A stretch of DNA of 64,000 nucleotides from Haliotis rubra (Eukaryota). The stretch spans positions 744,001-808,000 of the forward strand of contig NW_025765559.1 of NCBI RefSeq assembly GCF_003918875.1. The letters are read 5' to 3'. The position numbers and the translations under genes were made by a program. The notes beneath the pieces were generated by a model, which did no database searches, was not told the DNA's origin, and saw nothing but the letters and a program-made list of their open reading frames with translations. Within the stretch, counting starts at the first letter, position 1; every line of letters starts with the position of its first letter. Shown here piece after piece: positions 25,887 through 37,312 of the stretch.

Positions 25887-26862
25887 TATTCATAGTGGTG
25901 ACTTATTTCGCACAATTGCACTGTTCATATGCAGATCTACAGCATTACGGGTGCGTGGTCAACGATGATAAAACCATGACGATTCGCAATTATGCAATGG
26001 ATAATATTCTAACGAGTCAAATATATTTTATTCCCCTCAGGTGTAGCAACACGAACATAATCATCAAGTTATCAACACGAACATAATAATTTTGAAGTGC
26101 TATGTTTGATAATCTTGACATCCTATATTTGAAAATTCAGAAAAGTTATATTTTTAATGCTGTAATTAATGTATTAGCTAAAAGAATCAAAGTTTCTTAA
26201 ACCTCATCGATGGATCAACGTTCATATGCCAGTGACGAAAAATGTAACTTTAATAAATCCTTGTCGATGCGAGTTTTGGAGTTGTGTTCTTGCATCTACT
26301 ACACTCGGAAATACATGAATTCTGGTTCTCGTGAATATCCGTCAAAGATATTTCACATCGGCAACTGAGAAAATTACATGAGCTTCTCTCCAACACATGA
26401 AAGGCATTCAATCACATGCGATGTACACGTGTAACGATGACGTAATACACATGTCACTTTTTTAACTCCGTTCTCGCAAGAGGCACCGGAAGTAGTTGAC
26501 ATTCGTGACAACAAATGATAGCCGCGGGTTAAATCGATAAATCTGAATCATTTATACCGATTATCGCCTTGTACGATACATATGTAACAATAAATGACAC
26601 GATAGCTGATTGCAATTGCACCATCAAGCGTTTGGCGTCGCTCCCTTGTAAAACAATGAACAGTTGAAATGGTAGATTAATTGACATGAACATTGCTGGG
26701 ACGTGAGGTAGATGTTGCATGGGTGTGGATGCCGGTTGAGGAAACTGCTGTCACCACAGTGGAGCATTGTCATGTGTGTGTCGATACATCATTCAAAAGT
26801 TGAAGGAAAGTGTTTTCATGTAATAAACTACCAGAAGGATAAGCATAACACGCGATGTGATC

Positions 26863-27089
26863 ACAATCCAGTGATCAACATCATGAGCATCAATGTACGC
26901 AATTGGGAACCGATGAAGATCAATTCTAGGGGGGGGAGGTGTGCCCAGTGATTACAGCGTTTGCTCGTCTCTCCGAAGAACATGGTCTTAATCCACACGT
27001 AGGTACGATGTGTGAAGCCAGTTGCTGATATTGCTGCGATATTGCTGGAATATTGCTAAAAGTGTCGTTAACCCAGCTCACTCACTCAC
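26863..27089. mobile_element. Family B fragment (minus, 26863-26916) abutting a diverged family A SINE (plus, 26929-27089)
   Basis: acaatccagtgatcaacatcatgagcatc, then ggggaggtgtgcccagtg..tgtgtgaagcc..gctggaatattgctaaaagtgtcg..ctcactcac. Confidence 0.75.
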
Positions 27090-28392
27090 GTAGCATTGAA
27101 TCCCTACAGCAAATAGGGTCACTTGGTTGACTTCTTTATGATACGGCAGGTTATCGAACCTCGGACATTCTTCCTTCCAAACATACTTGTTATTCTCTAG
27201 TCCACGGAGTCGGACAATAAGAAGGGTATGATTAATGAGAATTTACAGACATAAAATGGAGATATATAGAAAGAACCGTGAAACTCTGGGTTAGAATTGA
27301 TGTGTGCGGCGTTAAAAAACAACAAATAAATATAGAGAGAGAGGCAGTTCAGCGGTGTACAGTAGATATATAAATAAATCCATGAAATAATGACAACACC
27401 AAGACAGAACAACGAATACCACAATGAAAGCGTGAATAGCAAGTTTAGCGGACAAAAATCAAATATTCACAGAAGGGAACTTGTCACTTTGATTTACGCA
27501 GCTAACTAACAGCAGGCTGTCGGATTTCAACTGACAAAAAGACACAGATCCCACGACATTTTCAAGCCAAACCAGTTTTAAATCGATGTAACGTACCGAT
27601 GGAAACTTGCAATAGCCCATTTAGAAATAAAACATGCTATAGAATGAGACACGGTTCGCATTTCAGTGATATTTCTACTGATGCCAGAACGGAGATTCAA
27701 TATTCAGTGCTTTAATATCTCTCGTTGTGAACTGTCGACAAGTTATGTATTTCTCAGATTGCTTCCTAACATCCCATCACAGCTTTGTCACGCGTTAAAT
27801 GTTTCATTGAAGCTACTTTCTTTGGTAAAGTGGAAATTCTATCTGATCATGGTTGGTAAGGCAATTAATAACAATTTGTGTTTAAGCATAAAACATGCAT
27901 GGAAAGTCATTATGAACCAGTGAGCTACCGAGAAACGAGAAGCGCGTTAGGGAATGACCTCCATATATTCAGAGGGCGGAAGCTGGGAATGCGATGAAAA
28001 CAATAATTTCTTCCAGAGAGTTTGTGAACAAATGAATTGTTCAAAGAAAAAGGGATACAGGTTCCTTAGTCTGTTATAACATACTACGACTTGGGCTGTA
28101 ATAACCTAGGTTTTCAAAACATGTATAGGATAAATATTACGAAATGTTCGGAGAGTTAGATTTAGGCTGAGCAATGCTGTGAACGCTAAGTACTTCGAAG
28201 TGGCGCATATCGCAGGCGTTTATAACTTTACTATAGCGAGTATATTGGGACCTGTCGAAGCAAGGATTACTGTCACGACAGATTAGGTTTGGTCATACAA
28301 TTGTGGGATTCTGAAACAGGTAAAGGATGCAACTCTACACAGTATAAAGTGATGCTTGTGTCCCTATCAATATGTACAACGCGACATGAAAC

Positions 28393-28732
28393 AATCCCTG
28401 GCTCATTAATCCAACAGGCGATGTGACTAAATGAACCTCTCCTGTAAGAACAAGCCGCCCATGGGCGTATAAATTATCATTTATATCGTCTTGCAACAAG
28501 TTTACCATTCTGAGGGTCAACTGCCATAGTACAATAACAAGAGTAGATGGGTCCTTTACCCGTAAACAAATGTCTCATTGATGACCTCGACCTTCTGACA
28601 ATGTAAACATTGTAAGTTTGTTTCTTTCGTCTAATTTGGCCAGCTATAAACAAACAGGTCTTGGTCAGGTAAACCTCTGGTTGATGGTATGATCAACATA
28701 GTATGCTCAACACTTGAACCCATTTTAATGGG
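28393..28732 (+). repeat. 340-bp local duplication, copy 1
   Basis: Almost identical to 29729-30068 (about 4 differences seen). Confidence 0.95.
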
Positions 28733-29459
28733 ACTTATTAGAATTGTTATTAACCATTTATTTATTTGGAAGAGCCAAATTAGACCGTTAGCCCCACAGA
28801 CATTTCCCCACGTTCTTTCTCAACAAGCCGCCATGTTATCTGCACGTATTATCAACTTTATTTGTAAATTGGGTTGAAATCATTTTTTAAAGTACCATCA
28901 ATGTCTGACATTTTTAATACCCAACTAATATTTCGGGGTGGGGTGGGGGGGTGGGGTGTTATTATTGTAAAACGCTGTGTTCTTCTGGTCATCTGTGGTC
29001 ACTTTACAAAAATGACCAGTGGTCAGATGACAGATGACCTGACGGATAGTTCAGCTTGTATCAGCCGATCAGGGATTGTCCTGACAAGATAATGAAGACG
29101 GGAACAGCGATACAAATGTCCACCTATTGTCCTTCTGTCCGGCAGTCAGTGTAAGCAATTTCACGCCAGCTGAGTTCAAGTGACATGCCGCCATCTTGCA
29201 AAATGGCCGTGCATTTTCGTTAACGCTTCGCCTCAGGGTAGGAGTCTCGAGCAGCTTGATATGGGGGCCATTCGGGGCCTTAATTGTTTCCAAATAGACG
29301 AATAAAGAGACATTTGCACTTGTGTAATATGGTTCGGCTGATCTGTCAATTGTTTTGATCGACATTGTGATCGGATGAGATTTCGCCTCGATGTCTGTGT
29401 TTCAACTCGCAGGTCGTCTGCGTGCTTTAGACATGGGCCCAGTCTATGACTAAGCGCTC

Positions 29460-29570
29460 AGTCAAACCAGTCGGATAGGTGTACACTTGTACCGGGTTTG
29501 ACACGAAGTAGATTGATCGGTGATAGGATGGGGATTAATTAAAGGTGAATTAAACGTGTTTGCAGCCCAA
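29460..29570 (+). repeat. ~110-bp dispersed duplication, copy 1 (copy 2 at 33581-33692)
   Basis: agtcaaaccagtcggataggtgta..gattgatcggtgataggatggggattaattaaaggtgaattaaacgtgtttgcagc is present at both sites. Confidence 0.92.
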
Positions 29571-29728
29571 TTTGACTCGTGAGTCGTTTGATGGACGACC
29601 ACGCCGAACCGTGCACTGGTTACCGTGTTTGAAGTGGTGGGTTTGGACTCGTTCTGAAAACGAGGCTGGTGAGTGCTGCCAAAATATTCGGCTAATAAAA
29701 GGAAACAGAGAACGATGTGTCGGCAACG

Positions 29729-30068
29729 AATCCCTGGCTCATTAATCCAACAGGCGATGTGACTAAATGAACCTCTCCTGTAAGAACAAGCCGCCCATGG
29801 GCGTATAAATTATCATTTATATCGTCTTGCAACAAGTTTACCATTCTGAGGGTCAACTGCCATAGTACAATAACAAGAGTAGATGGGTCCTTCACCCGTA
29901 AACAAATGTCTCATTGATGACCTCGACCTTCTGACAATGTAAACATTGTAAGTTTGTTTCTTTCGTCTAAATTGGCCAGCTATAAACAAACAGGTCTTGG
30001 TCAGGTAAACCTCTGGTTGATGGTATGATCAACATAGTATGCTCAACACTTGATCCCATTTTAATGGG
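29729..30068 (+). repeat. 340-bp local duplication, copy 2
   Basis: Almost identical to 28393-28732. Confidence 0.95.
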
Positions 30069-30271
30069 TTTTTAGGAACCTATTCTTACGTGAATTATTA
30101 GAATTGTTATGAATCATTTGTTTATTTGTTGTTTAGCGCCACACTTACACAAATAGTGTAAGATGTGAAACCCATTGTTTGTGTCCCCAGTTGTTTTGTT
30201 TGTAATTTAATAATGAATTGATCATCGTAAATCCTTAAACACGCGCTAAAGCAAACTAATGAATAAACATT

Positions 30272-30602
30272 CCCGTGAAGATCAGGGCCCCGTTTCACTA
30301 AGCTATCGTAGCGCTACGACTGTCGTAAGTCTATGTTACAGTATAGGAGTTGCGACAGTCGTAGCGCTACGACAGCTTTGTGAAACGGGGCCCGGGTTAG
30401 AACTGGTCTTCAGGAATTCAGGCTTATCGTAAGAGGTGACTAAGGGGATCTGATGGCCAGGCTCACTGATTTGGTTGACACATGTCATCGTATTCCAGTT
30501 GCGTAGATCGATGCTCATGCTGTTGATCACTGGATTGTCAGGTCTAGACTCGATTATATACAGACCGCCCTCATATATAGCTGGAGTGTGGCGTTAAACA
30601 AC
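30272..30602 (+). mobile_element. Family B retroelement, full length, with nested MITE
   Basis: Starts cccgtgaagatc and resumes cgggttagaa after the MITE. Flanked by gaataaaca at 30261-30269 and 30603-30611. Confidence 0.9.
30286..30392. mobile_element. 107-bp palindromic MITE, PIF/Harbinger-like
   Basis: 45-bp TIRs (30286-30330 and 30348-30392), 17-bp spacer, GGCC termini, 3-bp flanks cag/cgg. Confidence 0.88.
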
Positions 30603-31222
30603 GAATAAACAAATGGTTCATAACAATTCTAATAATTTACCTAAGAATAGGTTCTTGAAAAAAACGATTAAAAAGGGGATCAAGTGTTCATCATACTATC
30701 TTGATCATAAACAACAATCAATCCAATCAATCCCAAGCAATCGTTGAGCACAACGCTTGATGTACCTTTGCGTTAAGGCACTGTCAAGGTAGAATACTGC
30801 GTTAATATAAGATATAATGCTACGATCGTTTTGTATAGACGGACCCAAGAGATTATACAGCTAAGGACTGAAGTGGTGGATGGTATGCATAATGGGCCGT
30901 GTTCAAGGTTAAGGTACTTACAGGGCCGTGAATGAACATTCCTGTAGATGTTGTCCTAGTCTGTTGTCCTAGTCTGTCGCCCAAACCACGGACAATAAAA
31001 TAAAAACAAGACTCCAACTCAAACTAAAAAATGATTGGGCAGGTCTGTACTGCCTCAGCTCCGAAGTTACCGAAGAGATTTCTGGGTTCCTCCTTGGATG
31101 GTTAGTCGGTTCCTCCGTTCATTCATTTGTTCCTTCGCCATTCATTCATTCAGAATATATATTGTTAAATAGGTTCACGTAATTTATCGGGCTACATGTC
31201 ATTCTCTTGTAGTCAGGACCTA

Positions 31223-31429
31223 CAGTCCGTTTGAGTCACCCCGCCGCGACAGATAACAACTTTTGCGTTTTCAATGATGATAGTTTCTTAAAGAACTGTT
31301 TTGGTGGAGTGCGGAAAGCTGTTGGGTATTAGTAAATGATAAACATGTGTACTATTTATATTTATGTGGCAATTTTGTATAATGATAAAATTTGCAATTC
31401 ATCGGTCCGTTTCTGACTCAAACGGACTG
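31223..31429. mobile_element. Tc1/mariner (pogo/Tigger-like) MITE, 207 bp
   Basis: Perfect 16-bp TIR cagtccgtttgagtca / tgactcaaacggactg, with TA on both sides. Confidence 0.9.
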
Positions 31430-31478
31430 TATGTCGAATATATACTGATTCCCAACCGTGATGACATGCTGCAGGTAC

Positions 31479-32262
31479 CAGTGAAGATCCTGGTGAGAAT
31501 TGGTCTTCAGTAACCCATGCTTGTCTCCTCCCCGTGAAGATCCTGGTGAGAATTGGTCTTCAGTAACCCATGCTTGTCTCCTCCCCGTGAAGATCCTGGT
31601 GAGAATTGGTCTTCAGTAACCCATGCTTGTCTCCTCCCCGTGAAGATCCTGGTGAGAATTGGTCTTCAGTAACCCATGCTTGTCTCCTCCCGTGAAGATC
31701 CTGGTAGAATTGGTCTTCAGTAACCCATGCTTGTCTCCTCCCGTGAAGATCCTGGTGAGAATTGGTCTTCAGTAACCCATGCTTGTCTCCTCCCGTGAAG
31801 ATCCTGGTGAGAATTGATCTTCAGTAACCCATGCTTGTCTCCCTCCCCGTGAAGATCCTGGTTAGAATCTGGTCTTCAGTAACCCATGCTTGTCTCCTCC
31901 CGTGAAGATCCGGGTGAGAATTGGTCTTCAGTAACCCATGCTTGTCTCCTCCCCGTGAAGATCCTGGTGAGAATTGGTCTTCAGTAACCCATGCTTGTCT
32001 CCTCCCGTGAAGATCCGGGTTAGAATTGGTCTTCAGTAACCCATGCTTGTCTCCTCCCCGTGAAGATCCTGGTGAGAATTGGTCTTCAGTAACCCATGCT
32101 TGTCTCCTCCCCGTGAAGATCCTGGTGAGAATTGGTCTTCAGTAACCCATGCTTGTCTCCTCCCCGTGAAGATCCTGGTGAGAATTGGTCTTCAGTAACC
32201 CATGCTTGTCTCCTCCCCGTGAAGATCCTGGTGAGAATTGGTCTTCAGTAACCCATGCTTGT
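31479..32262 (+). repeat. 15 tandem ~53-bp copies of the family B 5' domain
   Basis: Unit cccgtgaagatcctggtgagaattggtcttcagtaacccatgcttgtctcctc; the last unit runs into a complete family B body. Confidence 0.96.
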
Positions 32263-32461
32263 CGTAAGAGGCGACTAACGGGATGGGGTGGTCAGGCTCC
32301 CTGACTTGGTTGACACATGTCATCGTGTACCAATTGCGTAGATCGATGCTTCATGCTGTTGATCACTGGATTGTCTGGCCCAGACTCGATTATTTACAGG
32401 CAGCCGCCATATAGCTAGAATATTGCTGAGTGCGGCGTAAAACAACCAACCAACCAACCAT
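32216..32461 (+). mobile_element. Family B retroelement, full length, (AACC)n tail
   Basis: Complete body. The direct repeat catgctgcag (31465-31474 and 32462-32471) brackets the array plus body. Confidence 0.93.
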
Positions 32462-32702
32462 CATGCTGCAGTTTAACATCATTACATGTATACCTTACAC
32501 AGGCAGAATGTGCTTTAAGCACTTAGTCCCGAACACGAGGAAAGATAACAACAAAGTACGTCTTTTAACGTATCTCCCTATGACAGGGATCGAACCACAG
32601 ACCTCCCGCTCCCCAGCCAAACGCTCTACTCCACTATTCAATGCTAACTGTACTTGGGGCAATAGACACCCGGTATATTTGTAGGCTTCCGAAATGGGGA
32701 GG

Positions 32703-32938
32703 TTGGTTGGTTGGTTTGTTGTTTAACGCCGCACTCAGCAATATTCCTGCTATATAACGGCGGTCTGTAAATAATCGACTTTGGACCAGGCAATCCAGTT
32801 ATTTTGGTCCTGCATCGATCTACGCAATTGGGATGCAATGACAACCAAGTCAGCGAGCACGACCACCCGATCCCGTTAGTCGTCTTTCAGAACAACCTTG
32901 GGTTACTGAATACCAATTCCAACCCGCATCTTCACGGG
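32703..32938 (-). mobile_element. Family B retroelement, near full length
   Basis: 15-bp TSD tcc(g/a)aaatggggagg at 32688-32702 and 32939-32953. The 5' end falls exactly at CCCGTGAAG. Confidence 0.93.
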
Positions 32939-33890
32939 TCCAAAATGGGGAGGACTGTAAAATTTAAGAATATTTTTGAGGTTCTGTTATTCTTTTAATG
33001 ACAAGTCAGTCTAGTCTTTTTGCCTGTTTGTATGTGGCTGTACGTCTGTAAACACCCACGCATGATTGACTTAAAGATTATTATCCTTGTGATAATCCTG
33101 AAGAAGTATACTTTTCCAAATATAAAGTGGAGATCTTAGATAATAGCTCTCGTGGCATGCGCGTTTCAATAGACCGTTTACTTAATCTTTTCTATCAAGT
33201 CCGTTTGAACATTTCCTCGCGCCAATTTACATTCCGAAGATTCTCCCAGTTTGGGGCGAGGAACAAGGGAGAGTTAATTATGCATATACCTGTATAGGAT
33301 TCCCCTGTCCTAGGATACAGGTTTCACGGCGCTTTGATTAATTTTTAAATCTCATTTACCGATCTCTTTCGCTAGATTGCATATGTTCAGATGACCAAAT
33401 TCTTCTCATTCTCGGACTTGCACCGAGTAGCTTAATGTTTAAAGGTGTCTCTCATTCACCGAAGATCCGGTTTATATTCCCGTGGTGGGGAGGGGTAATA
33501 TTGCTTTTAAAACTTGTTTGCTGTTTGTTTGTTTTCTTTTCATTTGTATTGTTCTCTTTTGTTTTCTCTTCTTACCTTTTAGTCAAACCAGTCGGATAGG
33601 TGTATACTTGTACAAGGTTTGACACGCAGGAGATTGATCGGTGATAGGATGGGGATTAATTAAAGGTGAATTAAACGTGTTTGCAGCTCAGTTTAAGTTG
33701 TTTTGTGGTGTTTTGTTTTGTTTTGTTTTATTTGTTGTCTTTTTGTTGTTGTTGTTGTTGTTGATGATGATGTTGTTGTTGGCTTTCTTTGTAGTTTAGA
33801 GAGTTGGCAGTGGTCCAAGACGCCGTAACTCGTAGAGAAATATATATACGTGTCATGGTCCTTTTTGTGTTCGTACCTCTACATTTGCCA

Positions 33891-34051
33891 GGGGCTGTGG
33901 GGTAGCCTAGTGGTTAAAGTGTTGGCTCGTCACGTCGAAGACCCGGGTTCGATTCCACACATGGGCACAATATGTGAAGCCCATTGCTGGTGTCCCCCGC
34001 CGTGATATTGCTGGAATATTGCTAAAAGCGGTGTTAAGCCATACTCACTCA
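33891..34051 (+). mobile_element. SINE family A, full length
   Basis: 13-bp TSD ctctacatttgcc at 33877-33889 and 34052-34064. Confidence 0.95.
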
Positions 34052-36516
34052 CTCTACATTTGCCCTTCGTCCAGCAGCGTTATTCCCAATTAATATCGAA
34101 CTGCATCACTTTTTAGGTATGTAATGCTAACTTACTAACTAACTAACTAGCGAAGTAACTAACTTGATCTGCAAATTCAATTCACTCTGTAAAAGCCCAT
34201 TTCATGTGTCTTCCACCGTGATGCTGGAACGTTGTAGTGTTCTATGTAAAACACTACTGCCTCACTCACTCTCGTTCCTGATTGCAAAAATGTTAGCAAA
34301 GTGTGACCTGTTCATTTGTCGTCGATGCGAGTGATCCTTAAGATACCACGTGACAACCTCAGAAAAAGCAAGCTGGAAATTACAATGATTTCTTTTAAGA
34401 TTTTAAGATAAAGGAGAGACATAATCGACACCAGGCACGCGAGTCGGTAGTAGAAGCGTCCGGCATGGGATGTGTCGGCATACTACACACAAAGTACACT
34501 GTCGCTTCAACGTGCAGATTAGTGTGTACTGGGAAATGGTTGTACAGCTTTGATACGGTTTCCAAACATGGAGTAATTGACTATACATGCACAATCCGAC
34601 GTGTATCATATAGATTTAAACTGTATATATGTGTATTCGTTCATTATATTGATACTACATGTATTAAAATTTGATTGTGTGTGAGTATGTGTGCGTGTGT
34701 GTTATTCTGAGAATAAGGATGTAATCTATTAGAATTACGTCACGACCTCAATCTCAATCAACAATTTCCGTCATCACAGTAAACTGTAGTTTTTTTTATT
34801 TTTAAAATTCTCAACATTACTCTTACGATGGTACTTTTAATTGCTGTGATGATCTTAAACCCGAGGTCGCCAACAGTATTCCTTCTTAGGAAAACATATC
34901 GTCTAAACAGACAAATTGAGAATTATCCGTATACATCTAAGTTATAGACTAAATCCTGTGATATCTATTGGAACTGTTTTTCTCCTGAGACCATGTCCTC
35001 TTTAAATCTTGTACAAACTTCCTGCAAATCAGGACACTCAAACCAAATAAAACGCAATCGGAAGAAAATATGTCCCATCAAACACTTCAATAAATGAATA
35101 AATAAATAATTTGTGTCTCTAACCAAACAACCTTGGCAGTTAATATGTCGCCATGTTCTCAATCTGTCGGTTGACATTTACGATGTTCGAGACTTCGGAA
35201 GACCATATGCGAGGAAATGCTCTTTACATCCCGAGCTCTGCCGAGTGGACGCTCCGCAACTCGTGGTCCTATTAGCTTTCGACGTCTTGCACGTGCAACA
35301 CGAGAACATTGATCTCCTCGCAACAAAGCCTTTAACCAATGACGATAGCAATTAGGCCTCATTATTTCGGCGTATATTGCTTTTAAGGAGGAAATTAGTC
35401 TATGGTTTTCTTGTCTGTAAAATGGTAACAATGAGATTTTAGCGGAGGGCGATATTCGGTACATATAACTGTACTAGGGTCGTAAACAGACATGTTCCTG
35501 AAGGCAGATCGTCCTAAAGGGAGGAAATGACACGCTTCGCCTCATGTGTCCTACTAGGATAAATGGGGATGACAGACGTATCAGATCGTTCCTTTTGAGC
35601 CCCTTCTGGACTTATGGTCCGTGAGTGATAAAATGGCGCTGAAGTGACATAAGCGAGAATGGACGAACCTGACGCCATTTTGATGATACGGGGGCCGTTT
35701 CAATGTCAACTTGAAGAATTTATCATCATAATATTTCAATGAAACGGATAGCCAAGATATGTGTTGTTTCTAGCAAACTGTAGCATTAATTATGTTTAAT
35801 GAAGATTCGGTTCCTTTGTGGCCATTATCAAAGTGTTTTGTAATTATTGTAGTGGGAAGACTATGATACGCCCCACCGGTGGGCATGAAAATTAGGCAGG
35901 TGTTACAAAGCGATGAAACGAAAAAACGGCTACGGATTTAGACAAAATGACAATAGCGAAGTCTGGACGGTATAAATTTCTCAAGATTCGCGAGAGAGAT
36001 TTATGATCAGCCGTGATAGGGGGAGCACAGGAAGATGTTTGATGAGCCATTTTGAAAAACAAAGTCTGGTCATGGAATGATGTTTTTATTAAAAGCGTTT
36101 TTGATGGCTATTTTACGTTTTTCTTTGCGGGCAACAACAGCAGGAACAGCTTGATTTATTATCTACGCAATGTCTTGGTAATGTTGTAATATCCATGATA
36201 ATTAACATGAAAATTAGTAGAAAACGAGCTAACGTATAAAGTTTGCCTCTCCAAGGAACAGAAGTAATTCTCAAATTAGCTAGGTTCAATGGTTCATTCA
36301 CGATGTGATTTAAAGGATTTTTTATATAAGCTGTTTTACTTCTTCGTGGGTGGGGACATGGTGATAATGGGGGAGGGAGGGGGCAGGGGGGAGGGAGGTC
36401 GATAAAGTGAGTATATCGGGAAGTTTATGAGAAACCTAAAGGACTATATATATTTTGCGTTAAAATACGACAGAAAGAAAACACTTTGAAGTGTATTTAT
36501 ATCTGTGTAAGCTTTC

Positions 36517-36730
36517 NNNNNNNNNNNNNNNNNNNNNNNNNNNNNNNNNNNNNNNNNNNNNNNNNNNNNNNNNNNNNNNNNNNNNNNNNNNNNNNNNNNN
36601 NNNNNNNNNNNNNNNNNNNNNNNNNNNNNNNNNNNNNNNNNNNNNNNNNNNNNNNNNNNNNNNNNNNNNNNNNNNNNNNNNNNNNNNNNNNNNNNNNNNN
36701 NNNNNNNNNNNNNNNNNNNNNNNNNNNNNN
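36517..36730. other. Assembly gap (214 N)
   Basis: Run of n. Confidence 1.
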
Positions 36731-36924
36731 CCAATACAGATCTATTTTTCCGTTTTAACCATTCCCATAACCTGACGTTGGGTGGACTCTATGTGTAGGA
36801 ACATTGTTTGTCTTACAGGGGCACCGGAATGAACCACTGGTGAAACGTTTGCTCGTTACTCTGAATACCGCAGTCGGGTTCCAAACTTGTGAACAATATT
36901 GGTCTCCAGTGTCATGGAACTAGA

Positions 36925-37312
36925 AGTGAGTGAGTGAAGTTAGTTTTACGCCGCTTTTAGCTATATTCCAGCAATATCACGGTGGGTACACCAGAAATGG
37001 GCTCCATACATTATAATAATAATAATAGGCCATTTATATAGCGCCTTTCCACGTCACAGGGATATGCTCAAAGCGCTTCCTGAGCTCAAGTTAAAACTAT
37101 ATACAGCTGGCAGGTGCGGATGATTGGAAGTCACTTGTAGCGGAGAAATAGATGAGTCTTTAGTCGTGTTTTGAATGTACTTAGGGAAGGAGATGATTTT
37201 AACTCGATAGGGAGAGAGTTCCAAAGAGAACATTGTACCCATGTGGGGAATCGAACCCGGATCTTCGGCGTGACGAGCGAACGCTTTAACCACTAGGCTA
37301 CCCCACCGCCCC
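36925..37312 (-). mobile_element. SINE family A split by a LINE fragment
   Basis: The family A reverse complement breaks at ..catacatt (37012) and resumes at acattgtacccatg (37230). Confidence 0.93.
37013..37229 (-). mobile_element. 5'-truncated L2/CR1-group LINE 3' end
   Basis: Minus strand 37229-37131 translates SLWNSLPIELKSSPSLSTFKTRLKTHLFLRYK*, the typical L2/CR1 ORF2 C-terminus. It is followed by the 3' UTR aagcgctttgag..gcgctatataaat and a (TAT)n tail. 5-bp TSD acatt. Confidence 0.9.

Noticed and set aside
28393-30068. Direct repeats as LTRs of a TRIM-like element
   Set aside because: No TG..CA termini, primer-binding site, polypurine tract or TSD seen.
31479-32262. CRISPR-like appearance of regular repeats (also the other arrays)
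   Set aside because: Units are directly adjacent with no unique spacers, there are no cas genes, and the context is eukaryotic.
36444-36775. ORFs with poly-X
   Set aside because: They span the N gap.
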